Shown: positions 42,913 to 60,204 of the stretch, piece after piece
Layout: every line of letters starts with the position of its first letter
How positions within the stretch are numbered: the first letter of the stretch is position 1
Position numbers and translations under genes: made by a program
The notes under the pieces: model-generated
What the model was told of the DNA's origin: nothing
Seen by the model: the letters and a program-made list of their open reading frames with translations, nothing else
The model's database searches: none
From: the human T2T-CHM13v2.0 reference genome, Homo sapiens
Reading direction: 5' to 3' (one strand)
NCBI RefSeq assembly: GCF_009914755.1
Contig: NC_060940.1
Length of the DNA: 64,000 nucleotides

Positions 42913-43167
42913 AATCCATTGGGTATTTATAGTTTTCTTATCATTTTTTGCAGTCTCCCTCCCAATATTAAGCATACAGAATAGCTGTAAGAGCAGTACA
43001 GTAAACACTTATGATCCCTTACCCTAGATTTATCAATTAGCGTTTTGTCATACATTTACATATGGATTTTTTTTTTTTCCTGAACCATTGGCAAGTCAGT
43101 TGCAGACATCCTGACACTTCTGAATACCTCAGCATGTATATGTGCTTTTAGCGTGATGGCCCCTTAA

Positions 43168-43551
<384 letters not shown>

Positions 43552-45113
43552 TAATAGGTTAGAGTTGAAAAGCAAGAAACTATATTCAAATTCAGTTAAG
43601 TTCAGCAAATATTCTCAGGAAGGCGATGCTTGAGCTGTCAGTCTTGAGAAGTGATCAGGTGTTGGCCTGGCAGATGGAATATTTCTGGTAGAGGAGAGCA
43701 GCACGTGCTAGACGTGAGACTGAATCGGTGCGGTGGCTCCGGAGCCTGCTTTGGATTTTGTGCTGTGTGGGAGGCAGGAGAGATGGGCTTAGCAACTGAG
43801 GCTAGAGAGCTGGGCAGGGGCTAGATGGAGTGGGGTTTGGGGGCCATGCCCAGAGGGTAGCTGTCATTGGAAGGTGGGGTGGCATCACAGGAGGGTTTGA
43901 AGCAGAGGATTGACAGCAGACTTATGCAGGCAGATGTGTGGAGGGCAGTTGGGGTATAGGGCTGGAGGTTGCGGGTGGGTTAAAAGGCTGTGGAATCGTC
44001 CAGACGCTGTGGTACAGTGGGCCTCAGCTAAGGCTGTAGACAGAGGCCTGATAGGTGGTCCCAGGAGTTGGTGGTCCCTTAGGTGTAGAGATATCGATGC
44101 TAGGGTTTGGGCACCTGGATTGGATGGTGGTGCTTCCTGTTGACGGGGAGTGCAGGAAGAGGGGTAGCCTTGGGAAGGTTGGGAAGTGGTGAGGGCGATT
44201 CTTCTGGTTTAGACAGAGTTTGAGCTCTCTAAAGGTCAGCCAAGCAAAGAGGCCCAGAGATGCATGGATTTACTCAGTGAAGAGGGCATGGTTGAGGTCA
44301 CTGTGGAGAGTGTGGAGGGAGACAGTCCGGACCAGGGAGTCCCCTTGTGAGGTGGGGCGGAGGAAGCACAGCCTGGGGAAGGCAGCGGGAGTGAGTCCAG
44401 TTAGAGCAGCATTTGTCTACCAGAGCAAGGTTGGGAGATGCTTCGCAGGGAGGCCAGTTATGCTGCTAGCCTTTTACCATGCCCAGAGCAACCCCTACAG
44501 CAGAGAATCATTTGGCCCAAGAGGCCAGTGGTGTCCTGGTGGTGAAAGCCATGTGGGTAGCAGCTGTGAGTGTGCTCTTGCCGGGTCCCTATTGCCTGGT
44601 GCATGGAGGACGTGGAGTGGATGCAAGAGGTAGGAGGAGAGCCGGACAAGGAGCCGGAGCCGGAGCCACAGCCCTAGGGGCTAAGTGTGCAGCAGTGCCC
44701 AGCGGCGCTAGAGGGCTGGGCAGCTGAGGGGGCACCGTGGTCCACAGGGCTTTGCCACAAGGAGGCTCTTGTTTTGGTGCTGGGCAGGAGCGGCACTGAA
44801 GGGACACTGAGCCCAGAGCCAGGATCACCACCCAGCAGCAGGACGTGAAGCATTTAAGAGTGCCAGGTAGCCAGGAACTTAGCTGACAGAAGTCATTTTA
44901 GGCACAGTGTGTGTTCTTTTTGAAATGTAGTACCCTTTTTTTCCCTTTTCCAAGGGCATAGGGCTGAAAACAGTTCACTATTCTAATAGTATAAGGTGTT
45001 GGGCATTACTGAACCAACCTAATGTTAAGGAATAAACCTCTTTTGATCAATGGGAATTACTGTGGGTCTAAGCATCTGATTTTTGTTTGGTTTTGTTTTT
45101 AATATAAACTTAG

Positions 45114-45413
<300 letters not shown>

Positions 45414-45565
45414 TAGGAGGTTCTTTTTGAGTGGGAAGGAAATCTAGCTGCTGTCACCTGCCTCGAAGGCAAGAGTCCTTTGCAGCCAAATGTCATTGCC
45501 AGTGAAGTCACTGTAAAAGCTTAAAAAATGGAGTGTGTGAGGTTAAACTCTGCTTACATTCTTGA

Positions 45566-45928
<363 letters not shown>

Positions 45929-47036
45929 TAGCCTTCCCAGGGTGAGCTCATGGTGAGCACTCATGGACACAGTGAGGAACAGAGAAGTTGGCTTTCCTCT
46001 CCCGCCTCATCATGATGCAGCCACCCTTAGATACCACCCCTCATCCCCTGAGTAATCCCAGGGGGCTCCCATCAGCTTGGAATAGAGAACTACAGCCTCA
46101 CCTTCTGTGGCCTCAAAATCTCCTTTCTCCACCCCGATAGAAAGTAGGCAGAGGACATGAAACACAGAAAAGGAAATACAGATGATGGGGATAGTTGCCC
46201 ACTGTCCCTCATAATAAGAGAAATGCAGTTTTAGCTGCTCACAGCACCTATGCTCCCAGCCTCTCAGGAGACTGAGGCAGGAGGGTTGCTTGAACCCAGG
46301 AAGTTGAGGCTGCAGTGAGTCGTGATTGCATTACTGCACTCCCGCCTGGGCAATAAGATGAGAACCTGTCTCTAAAAAAAAAAAAAAGAGAAATGCAACT
46401 TTAAACTGCAATGAGATCTCATTTTCACCTACTAGTGAATAAAGTTTAAACAGTTTGCAAGCACACTGTTGGGGAAGCTCAGGGAAAAAGCAGGAAAGCG
46501 AGTCATCAGAACGTTTCAGGTAGAAAGCAATGCTGCTTTCAGACATGGGGCTGTGGCTGGATTTGCGTCTGTGCAGAATAGATGTGTGCAGCCCTGGTTT
46601 AGTAGAAAAAGGCCAACCTAAAGGCCACTAGCAGGGATCAAGTCCATTATCCTTTCAGTGGGTGAGGTAGCTCTCTGTGCACTGATGTGGGACAAGCTTC
46701 AGGGTGGATTATTACCTGACACAAAAATAAAGGTGCAGAATGGTGTGTTGTGTGGCAGCACTGGTGTTAGTAAAAATAGGAATATATGTGTTTGTGAGTG
46801 GATAGTCATGTGTGGTGTACATATAAGGAGGTCTTTGGAAGAATTCCCAGAAATTCGTAAAACTGACTGCATCTGGGAATGGGGACTGGAGGTTAGGGGT
46901 GGAAAGGAAACATATTTTTTACTATGCGTCCTTGTATACCTTTTGAATTTTCTCTCATGTGCTTGTGTTATTTACACCCCCATCCACCCTCTCTCACTCT
47001 CACACTCAAAGGAAAAGAAAGTGGGAAAGGTGTGTC

Positions 47037-48247
<1,211 letters not shown>

Positions 48248-48720
48248 GGACCAAGAAATAGAACCTGTCTCTACCCAGGAGCGCCTCAGGCACCATCCTT
48301 TGTCCATGGTCCAGCCTGCCTGGCCTTAACCCCTGGCTTTGTGTTGAATGCTCACCTGCTGGTTCTAGGTGTCCACAACATTATGGAAGGCCTTAGCAGC
48401 TTCACCTACCCCATTCCCAGAGTTACTGTTTAGGCCGAAGGGTTGTGACTGCTGGGGGATTGCTGTCAATCAGCGTACCCATACCGACAGCAGCATGTGA
48501 GACTAAGAAGTATGTGAGCTTCCTAGTCTCCCCTCCACCTTCCAGGTGCCTGGCCCCGGGTGTGTGTGTGTCCAGCCAGGGCCTGCCAGCATCCCTCTGC
48601 AGGCTGTGTGTGTGTCACTCTGAATTCACCCACAGAGTTGAGATTGGCACCGCGTCACATTCTTCCTAAGACTGTGTTGCAGAATTAGCATAAGAATAGC
48701 ATTAAAATGTTAGTACTTTT

Positions 48721-50058
48721 GGCCGGTGGCTCACTCCTATAATCCCAGCACTTGGGAGGCCAAGGCAGGTGGATCACCTGAGGTCAGGAGTTCAAGACCA
48801 GCCTGGCTAACATGTTGAAAACCTGTCTCTACTAAAAATACAAAGAAAATTAGCCGGGCATGGTGGCAGGCGCCTGTAATCCCAGCTACAGGGCTGAGGC
48901 AGGAGAATCACTTCAACCTGGGAGGTGGAGGTTGCAGTAAGCTGAGACTGCACCATTGCCCTCCAGCCTGGGCAACAAGAGCGAAACTCCGTCTCAAGAA
49001 AAAAAAAAGTTAGTACTTTTAATTTGCATATCTTCGGAGCGCTACTATGTATTTTTTCTCCTTGAATCCTCTTAGTAGACAAACAAGGTAACCACAACCA
49101 TAGCCAACCCGGGACTCAGCAGGCTCCAGGGATTGGAGCGGGGCCTTGTGTCCAGGAGCAGTAGAGTGGGTCCTGCCCCTGGTCTCTTGACTGTGGGTCT
49201 TGTGTTGTTTCTCTACCAGCGTTGACTTTTGGATTGGAAATTTGAAAGCTGCTAATGAATCTCCCTCATGAATTCATGTAACTGCTTTGATCCTAAGTAT
49301 ATTTAGTCTGTCCCACCTTGGCACAGTGGGTTCTGTCACCAGCTCCTCAACGTTAGGACCCAGGAGGTCCCTGTGGTAGGTAGTATGGGAAGGACATGAT
49401 GACAGGGCAGTGCCATGGGAGCCTAGGAGGGGTCGGGAAAGGGTTCTCCTGTCTTCTTCACATGCATTTGCATAGTGTGGGAATGAATAAAAGGTTTAAA
49501 AGAACCTGTGTTATTCCTGTTACTATTTATTTTTCCAGAACATATCTGGTCAGATTTTCATTTTCTAGTTTTTATGTTCAAGTAAGCGTCTTAAGCGTGT
49601 GGGAATGTCATTCTCCTGCCTTTTTGTTAAATTAAAGACCAGGTGGGTGGGCACATTCCTTACCTGTGCTCTTGGAGTCCCACAGGGCCAAGTTTTTCTT
49701 AGTTCCTGAAGGTGACAGAATGAGCAGGCAGTCGTTTCATCAGAGTTGAGCCAGGCATCTCCTGTTTTTGTTTGTTAGAGACAGGGTCTTGCTTTATTGC
49801 TCAGGTTGGATTGTGGTGGCACCTCTTAGCTCACTGCAACTGTGAACTCCTGGGCACAAGCGATCCTCCCACCTCAGCCTCCTGAGTAGCTGGGACTACA
49901 GGCACTTGCCACTATGCATGGCTAATCTTGTGTTTTTTGTAGAAATGGGTGTCACTGGTATGTTACCCAGGCTGGTCCCGTACACCTGGCCTCAAACGAT
50001 TTGCCAGCCTCGGCCTCCCAAATTGTTGGGATTACAGGCATGAGCCACCGTGTCCAGC
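48721..50058. mobile_element. Alus: + 48721-49008 (TSD gttagtactttt), - 49765-50058
   Basis: Alu motifs. Confidence 0.88.
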
Positions 50059-50724
50059 TGGCATCTACTTTTTAGGGCAGTTCTTCCTTTTTCAAAAAGA
50101 GGCTTAACAATTATGAGCGAAATAAACCTCATTATATAAAATAAAAATATCACTCATGGTCCTCCCTTTCACTCAAAATAGCTCCCTTTGTTTGGTCTCT
50201 CTCCAAACGCGTGGGTGTCATCGGTGCTCATCTCTGTTCCGGGCCCCGTGGCCTTCAGCAGCAGCGTTTAAGATGTCTGTCCGTATTCTGCACGAGGGTT
50301 TATATCCCGTTCTGAGTGCTGGCCATTTGGGTGGGTTCCAGTTTTTGCTGGTATAAATAATTCTGTGATTTGCATTTTTATGTGAATATAACTTTTTTTT
50401 TTCTTTTGGGGTTTTCTTAGGATAGAAACCTGTATGTGGGGTTTATAGTAAGGACTAGCACAGCTTATTAAAAATTGACCGTGGATCATTGTCAACCATG
50501 TTTCACAATTTAGAATATTCAGTTATTTAAATACTTCAATTTAATTCAAAGAATAATCCAAAACCTTTTTGTATTTTCCCACCTTTTTATTTTGAAAAAT
50601 TATATATCCACAGAATAAGTGAAAATGAACACTGATAGTCGCTTTATTAATTTAAATTTACCAGTTGTTAACGTTTGCCACATCTGCTTTATCTTTGTCT
50701 TTCTGCCTCCCTTCCTGCATCTCT

Positions 50725-50737
50725 ACACACACACACA

Positions 50738-50770
<33 letters not shown>
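50725..50770. repeat. (AC)n microsatellite in an L1M relic
   Basis: Directly visible, one interruption. Confidence 0.95.
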
Positions 50771-51470
50771 GGGCATGCACATTTTTTTTTTTTTTTTGCT
50801 AAATCATTTGAAAGTAAGTTGCAGACATCTGACACTTTACTTTTAAATACTTCAACACTTATCTCCCAAGAATGAAAACAGTCTGCAACATAAATGAAAC
50901 ACATGATCACACCTAAGAAAAACAGTGGTTCCATAGTATCGTCTAACATATGGTTCAAAATAAAATTTGTCTCCAGAAGTCCTTGATAGCTTTTGTTTCC
51001 TCAGTCTACGATCCAGTTAGGTTTAGTGCATTGAGTCTGACTGTTTTGTAAATTCCGAGTACGTTAAAGCCTTTGGAATGCGTGCCATGGACTGTTCTGA
51101 AAAGGTTCCCCTTAAACCACTAGGTTTAAACCAATTTTTTTCCTTCAAAGGAAACATTCAGCACAGCTCTACGTGTTGAAGAGAGAGCTTTGGTGCTACT
51201 CTGATGGGGTGGGGACTGGAGCCTGCACTTGTCCCCTCCCCTGAGCCACTCTGGCAGATTGCTGCTCTTGGCCACATTGTGTCTTCCTAAAGCCAGCAGG
51301 GTTCCCGCAAACTTTTGGGCCACTGGCCTCTGAGTTTAGAGTTTATTTATCTCCTTGGCCACAATAGCCAGCTGTAGTCTACATTGTGGACGTCCTGAAA
51401 ACTGGCAGTTCTCTGGCATTTGGCTCCTGGATTAGAAGCATTGCTCATACTGCAGCTCGTTGACAGCTGA

Positions 51471-51644
<174 letters not shown>

Positions 51645-51830
51645 TGAGCCTCTGAGACTTGTATGTAAATTCCCCATTTACAGATCCTCTGGAGGTGCCA
51701 GTGGGTTGATTTGTGTCTGGACAGAATAACATAAGAACAAAGATTTGTGACCAGTGTGTCAGTGCCCATTCGTGTGTACCCAGGAGAGGCTGTCATGGGT
51801 TGCTGGAATCTGTTTAGAGCAGATGCGTAG

Positions 51831-52151
<321 letters not shown>

Positions 52152-52955
52152 TGAACCCCAGCACTTTGCTTATGATTTGCTGTTTCTTTCCTGTGTCCTC
52201 TTGTCTATGAGTGGCTTCAGCGAGCGCCTCCTGGGTGGGCACTGGAGCAGAAAGCGGGAGAGCCTGGGGCTGGACTTCCTGAGGGCTTGCTCTCTGCTCT
52301 ACTGGGAGAGCCTCTGGCTGGGCTCCTGCTGGACACCTTTGCCTTGTCAGACACAGTCATTGCTGTGGGTGGTCACGGTGGATTAGGCCACCCCCTCCTC
52401 TTTTCATGTGTTGTCACCTTTCTAAAATTTTCTAAGATGTAAATCTGATCATGTCGCTCTCCTGCCTGAAAACCTTTGCTCCCTGCTACCTGTAGCAGGG
52501 GACTCGGCTTGGGGATTACAGATGGGGCTTAGAGGGAGGGTCTCTTGAGGCCCTTGGGGGTGTGTACAGAAATAGGTGTGAATGTGTGCATTTTGGGGGA
52601 TGGGGGGAGGATCCAAGCCATCCTGAGTTTCTCTCAGAGGGGTCTGTCACCCAGAAAGGCATCCTTGCCTTTGGGCAGTCAATTGTGAACACTCAAGCCT
52701 TGGAGGCTCTCAGCTGTCTGTGCTCTAACCAGACAGGGAAGAAGCCTGTTGTCATGGACTGGAAGGTGGCCTGCAGGTGGTGCAGGCCTTCAGCGGGGCC
52801 CCTCTGGGTTGAGGGGTGTCTTTCCTGACACTGGGGACAGGTGGGGAGATGTGAGCAAGGCGGGCATGTTTGTGGCTGGGGGTGGTTACTGCATGAGGAC
52901 GCAGGGGGATGGTCTGAGGTCTGGGCAAGTGGAGTGAGAAGGGAAGTATTTCTGA

Positions 52956-53321
<366 letters not shown>

Positions 53322-53444
53322 TGAGGGCAGGGAGGGTTGTTCAGGTGTGTCCTCTGTCTTAGGATGGTCTTGTCGCATTTTAATCTTTAATTTCTTCTCT
53401 GTTAAGTGAATATCTTACAACTAATAGCGTGGTGTTCCCTCTAG

Positions 53445-53492
53445 GTGTTTACAGTCGAGAGTTCAGCAGCTTCTCACAAACTGTTGAGAAAA
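53445..53492 (+). CDS. PRMT7: PRMT7 exon 13 (VFTVESSAASHKLLRK)
   Basis: ctctag|GTG acceptor, AAA|gtaagt donor, 48 nt. Confidence 0.95.
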
Positions 53493-54155
53493 GTAAGTGA
53501 GAATTGTTGTTGCTGAAATAGTGAGAGGACCTGTGGGGTCTGGGTTGATGGCTTTGAAGTGGCATTGGCCCCAGGGGAACAAAGGAGTGGTGGCTCGCTT
53601 GCACCCCTGTGTTGTCTTGGTTGCTGCCTGGAGAGCAGCCAGAGGCCTTGGGAGCTGTCACTGAAATAGAGGCAGGCATTTGCACTCTGCTTTGTTTTTT
53701 TGTGTCTGAAGAAGTTTAGGCTTTTTTCCTCACTTCACATAAGCTACTGTTGCGGTAGAATTAAATGTAGGATGTGTTTCTGGGACATCAGTGCTGAGGG
53801 AGCCAGTGCTCACAGCCTGATGGGAGATGGCATTTCTCTCCCTGGCCAGTAACTGGTTTGATTTCCTCTCCAAAGGGGAACTCCCTTCGCCAGAACTGCA
53901 GGCTCGCACTGAGTCCTGGTGTGCACATGCGGGAGAAATTTCTTTTGCTTTTATCACATTGTGCTCCTGATCTCATCCGTGGTCTATAGGATGCCCCCCA
54001 AGGAGAGGATTTTTCCACAAAGCAGATAAAAGTGGTGTTCCAGAACCATTTGCCGGAAAATTCAAAGCGGAGAATGCAACTTTGAGAGATTTTTTTTTCC
54101 TGACAAACACAATACTTTAGTATGAATACAGTAATTTTACGGTTTTCTTTCTAAG

Positions 54156-54245
54156 ATCTTCAAGGCTAACCACTTGGAAGATAAAATTAACATCATAGAG
54201 AAACGGCCGGAATTATTAACAAATGAGGACCTACAGGGCAGAAAG
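54156..54245 (+). CDS. PRMT7: PRMT7 exon 14 ([30 protein letters not shown])
   Basis: ctaag|ATC acceptor, AAG|gtgagt donor, 90 nt. Confidence 0.95.
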
Positions 54246-54441
54246 GTGAGTAGCGGGAGCCTTTTGGCCACGCTGGGCTGTGTTAGGGTGGTCAGCACGG
54301 CACTGAAGTAGCCCAGGCCCCACCCTGTCCCTGGAGTCTCACAGTGGGTCCTCCACACGCAACCTTACCTCCTACGAGCTCCCACCATCAAGGGTGTGGT
54401 GAAGCTTTCATGGAGCTGCCCGGTGAGCAGATGGTTGCACT

Positions 54442-54445
<4 letters not shown>

Positions 54446-54474
<29 letters not shown>

Positions 54475-56850
54475 GAAAATGGGGTCTCGCGCTGTCGTCC
54501 AGGCTGGAGTGCAGTGGCACGATCTTGGCTTACTGCAGCCTCGACCTTCCAGCCTCAAGCGATCCTCCCACCTCTCCCGAGTAGCTGGGACTGTAGGCAT
54601 GTGCCATTATGCCTGGCTAATTTTTGTATTTTTTGTAGAGTCAGCGTTTCATCATGTGGCCCAGGCTGGTCTTGAACTCCTGGGCTCATGCGATCTGCCA
54701 GCCTCAGCCTCCCAAAGTGTCGGGGTTACAGGCATGAGCCACCACACCTGGCTGTACTGCTCTTAGCTCAGCCTCATCTCTGCTCCTTCAGGTCAGGACA
54801 GAGCAGCTCTCTTGGGGTTCCTAGGAGCAGAGCATGTCCTTTCCTCTCCACCGCACTCCTGTCTTCATTCCCCGTCCACGGCTTCCTGCTGCAGTCAGGC
54901 TTCCGGGCCCTGAAACTGCTTCTGCCAGCAACCTCGTCGTTACTCCCACGGTCTCCCTGCAGGCTTCATCTGCTCTACCCGCTTGTCCTTGTGACCCGGG
55001 ACTTCTGCCTGTGCTGGGGAGGTCGCTTTCCCCTCACCTTCCTGGCTGCTCCTTACCTTGCACTGCTCCGTGGCACTCTCCCCGTGTCCCCCGCTTCCCC
55101 TACTGCATCCTCTCTGGTAATCACGTTCCTTCTCATGTGTGAATCAGTGACCATCAGAGCCGGCCTTCACTCTTTACTATTTTGGATTCAAATCTCATGT
55201 CCAGCTGCCATCCTGTCACCTTTCCTTGAATATGCCACAAACTGGACTCACCCAACGCGGAGCTATCATCTTTCATCTTTCCTGCCAGTCTTTTTTTAAA
55301 TAACAGCTTTATTGAGATGTAGTTGACATACCACAAAATTAATGCATTTCAATTGTACAGTTGAGTGATTTTTTTAAGTAAATATATGGAGTTAGCCGTC
55401 ACCCAGTCTCATTTAGAACATTTCCAGGCCAGACATGGTGGCACATGTCTGTAATCCCAGAACTTCGGAAGGCCAAGGTGGGAGGATCGCTTGGACCCAG
55501 GAGTTCAAGACCAATCTGAGTAACATAGGGAGACCCTGTCTCTATAAAAACAAAAAAAATTAACCGAGTGTGGTGGCACGTGCCTGTAGTCCCAGGAGGC
55601 TGAGGTGGGTGAGGTGGGAGGATCGCCTGAGCCCAGGAGTTGGAGGCTGCAGGGAGCCGTGCTTGTGGCAGAGCACTACAGCATGGCTGACAGAGTGATA
55701 CCTTGTCTCTAAAAAAAATGGGAATGAAAAGAGAACATTTCTGTTACCTCCCAAATTCCTGGGAGCCTGTTGATAGTCTGCATCCCCATGCCCCAGGCCT
55801 GGCAGCCACTGGTCTGGTTTGTGTCTCCAGTATGTGCCTCTTCTGGCATATCTCAAAAGTGAGGTACGCAGTGTGTGGTCTTGTGAGTCTGGCTCCTTTC
55901 GCTGAGCATAATGTCTTTGAGGTTCACCCATTTCGTTCTTTTGAAGGCTGCGTAGCATTCCACGGTGTGGCTATCCATTCATGTGCTTATGGACGTTTGG
56001 ATTGTGTCCAGTTTTTGGCCACTTTGAATAAGGCTTCTGTGAACATGGATTCACTGGTCTTAGAGAGGATGTATGTCCTCAGTCTCTTATGCAGATGCCT
56101 TGGTGTGGATTGCTGGGTCATGTGGTAGTTACGATCGACTTTTTAAGAAGCTGCTGAACTGTTGGTTGAAGTGGCTGTCCTTTTGACATCCCCATCGGTA
56201 ACATCTGAGGGTCCAGGTTCTCGGATCCTCACCAGCACCTGGCATTGGCTTTTTTTTTTTAGCATAACCATATTAATGGGAGTGTGGTGATGTCTCCACA
56301 TAGTTTTAATTTGTATTTGCCCAATGACTGATGATGGTGAACATCATTTCGTGTGCTTGTCTTGCTTGGTGAAATGTCTATTCAAGCCTTTTGCCCATTT
56401 AAAAAAATAACAGTTTTATTGAGATATAATTCACATACCTTACGATTCACTCAGTGATTTTTGTATATTCATAAGGTTGTGTAACCATCACCACATCAGT
56501 TTAAGAACCCTTTCATTACCCATTGGCAGTCATGCACCATTTGTCCGCAGTCCCCCAGCCCTGGGCACCCACTCTTCTCCTTTCTGTCTTTAGCTTGCCC
56601 ATTCTGGGCATCTTGTGTGAATGGAATCAGACAAGTGTGTGGTCTTTCGTGGCTGGCCTCTCATGTGGCTTCATGTTTTCGGGCTCATCCATGTCGTAGC
56701 CTGAATCAATACCTCATTTCTCTTTCTTGCTGAATAAGATTCCATTGTGTGGATAGACCATGTTATTTATCTGTTTCTCAGCTGATGGACATTTGGGTGG
56801 CTCCTACTTTTGGGCTGTTGTGAGTAATGCTGCTATAAATATTCATCCAC
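54446..56850. mobile_element. Alu - 54446-54752; L1M relics ~55295-56850 with an inserted + Alu 55427-55718
   Basis: Alu motifs; L1 3'-end motifs (ttttattgagatataattcacatac, gatggacatttggg). Confidence 0.78.
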
Positions 56851-57877
56851 AAGTCGCCTTTTTTCTCCCTCATAGATGAGGGCATAGGAGATGATTCTGA
56901 AAGCCACTGTGTGGTGTACCGGTAGACCGGGGTCACATTGAATTGGAGTGGTGGGAGCGGGCGTTCTTGCCATGTTCCTGATGCTGTGTGGGGAGGCGAG
57001 GAAGCACTCAGGGCAGCCCCTTCTGTCTGCCAGCATTTCCTGCTGCATCTCCATCATCTCTGACTGGCCCCACTTTGGTGCCTGACTGCTTGGGCCTGCC
57101 CAGGGTCGGCTACCTCCTTACCCTCTGCCACTCCTTCCACTCCTCCCACCCCTCCCACCCTGTAGTCTCCGTTTCTTACCCGGACTCTTTCTGCACTCTC
57201 CCAGGTCGCCTCCGTCCCCAGCACCTGCAGGTTCCCTTCCACACTTCGTGGTCCTCAGCAGCATCTTCTAAATCACATTCCTTCTGATTTTGAACCCTGA
57301 TGAAAACTTCTAGTGACATCCACCACCCCCACTGCCACCTCCGGGATGAGACCAGCCCCTCACCCTGTCCTGGCTGCCTTGGGCTGGGCTGGCTTCTGTC
57401 CAGCTCCACACCCTCACCTTGGGGGGCCTTGCTGTCTCCCGGCCTCACTCTTGCCCCTGCTGCCCCTCCCTCGGCCGTTCAGGCTCCTCGCTGTGCACGT
57501 GTTCATTTACTCACAAATGTTCACAGAACATCTGGTCACGGCACTGGCCCACTGCTGGGGGATGCTGGGCCACCAGTCCCTGCTCTTGTGGTGCTCAGAG
57601 CCTGGGGAGGGAGACGGAGACAAGCCCCGGTAAGTCCTGAGATAAAGCGTCCAGTGGGGGTTGACAGGATGCCACTCTGGAAGCCCCGTCTGGCACGTTT
57701 ATTTCTGGGCTCCCTCCATGACCCCCTTCCTTGCTTTTTTCTATCACATGGGGTCAGCCCCACTTTGTCTGCTTCCCTCTTCTGCTCTGCTCTCCTGAGC
57801 ACGGGACTCATGTCTGGTTGTAATCTTTACAGCCTCCAGGGCAGGTACAGAGCACCTTGCTGCCTTGCTTGTTTGTT

Positions 57878-58308
<431 letters not shown>

Positions 58309-59306
58309 TAGAGCGGCTCAGGCCTTGATGATTTGAGCTTGTGTTTTCTTTCTGTGTCAGCACACTGTGGGGTTGAATAGAAGATGCTTGCCTTTTAAAA
58401 AATGCGATAATTTGACATACGAAATGGAAATGGCTGAGTGTTGTCATTTTACAATTGTGGCTTATCAGAATAATTTAAAAATATAAATTAAGTGTTTCAG
58501 AAGCCATGCCGTGTGGCCTGCTCTGCTCTCATTAATAGCCGAGGCTTCGATTGTTAAAGGCATTTTGAGATGGGAGAGTCAGCTGCTTTGTGCAAGAAAA
58601 AATGGAAAAGCTTCCTTTTAATTTTCTCATCAAAGCAGAACCATAGTCACAAAGTCATTTTGGGAGGGGCATTTTTATTAAAAGGATTTGAAAAGCTTTA
58701 CCCTGGATGGAGAGTGTATCTCATTTGATGAGAGTGGTTTTCTCTCCTAGCTTAGTGGCTCCATCACTGAAAGTCTGGGCATTTCTCCTGTGTTACTTGT
58801 TTACCTAATCAGATTTCCACATGAATTCTGGTTTTCATGGCCAAAGAGGGGATGTCACGATCCATGCGTGCGTGTGACCAGGAGGAAGGGAGGGAAGGCT
58901 GTGTGGCCTGAGTGTCCTCTGGGTTCCTCTTGGCAGGGCCTTTTTCTCTCCCCAGCATCCTCATGAACTGGAGATGATGCTGGGGAGAGAATTGGCTTAC
59001 AGATTTCTTCCCAAAGAAATGATGTTCAGGATGGCCCGGATAGGAGTGTGCAGCCCCCAGCCTAGGAGCTCTGGCCGACTGTCCCTTATAGGAGAGGACT
59101 CAGGTGTCACGTCAGAGCTTGCAGGTTCCCGCCCAGCCCAGTCTGTTACAGAAACCGTTGTGGATCTTTGTTCTCTCTGAGCCCCTTCATACTTGGGGGT
59201 CTCTTTCAGGTGTGCAGGGAACAGCAAGATGTGCCTCTTGTTCTTGCTGCCACGCTTCCCTGTGTCCTGGCGGGCGGGTGTGGATGGGGCTGCTCCTTCC
59301 TCACAG

Positions 59307-59381
59307 GACCTGTGGCGGATCCGGAGCCCCTGTGGTGACTGCGAAGGCTTCGACGTGCACATCATGGACGACATGATTAAG
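59307..59381 (+). CDS. PRMT7: PRMT7 exon 16 ([25 protein letters not shown])
   Basis: cacag|GAC acceptor, AAG|gtaggc donor, 75 nt. Confidence 0.96.
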
Positions 59382-59917
59382 GTAGGCAGGGCCACACTCT
59401 GCATAGTCCCCCCGACCTGCTCCTGTATCGCAGGCCTCTCACAGGGTCCCAGCTTGGGCAGCACAGGCTCTTCTGTTGGGGGCAGTGAGGTCAGGTGCTG
59501 CCATTTTGTGTGGTTCAACATGAGCATTGCTTGGTACCAGCCCTGTTCTTGGCTCCGTGCTGTCACCCTGTGTCAGAATCTCCACTGGGCCTGCACGTCC
59601 TGTCATTGCAACTGCCCCTGCCAGTGCCCACAGCTTCTTTTCTAGTGGGGCTGACTTTCCAGAGGCCATCTGGGAACCTTCTTAGGCAGCCATTTCCATG
59701 GTGGGGGCTCCATTCCCGGGAGGGGTACCTGAGGAGATTCCCACAGGTTATTTACATGGTAGGGGTTAGCAACTGGGCCTACGTTCTCCAGAACCATGGG
59801 CTGTCCTGACAGCGCCAGTGGTCCTTGGATTCATGAGGACTGAAGCTGAGAGTCGTGTTCCATCCACATGAGAGGGGCAGGGTGAGGAGCATGGGCCGTG
59901 CTGTGTATTAAGGAAAT

Positions 59918-60204
59918 GCACGTGGCTCCTGCTTGTCATCCCAGCACTCTGGGAACCTGAGGCTGGTGGATTGCTTGAGCCCAGACGTTTGAGACCAGCT
60001 TGGGCAATATAGCAAGACCCTGTCTCAACAAAAAATAACAAAAAATTAGCCAGGCATGGTAGTGCACACCTGTATTCCCAGCTACTCAGGAGGCTGAGGT
60101 GGGAGGATGGCTTTAGCCTGGGAGGTCGAGGCTGCAGTGAGCTGCGTTTGTGCCACTGCCTCCAGGCTGGGTGACAGAGCAAGACCTTGTCTCAAAAAAA
60201 GAAA
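59918..60204 (+). mobile_element. Alu (AluJ-like)
   Basis: Alu motifs. Confidence 0.88.

Noticed and set aside
54688-55299. 203-aa ORF
   Set aside because: It starts in an Alu and continues through pyrimidine-rich intronic sequence; no family motif is present.
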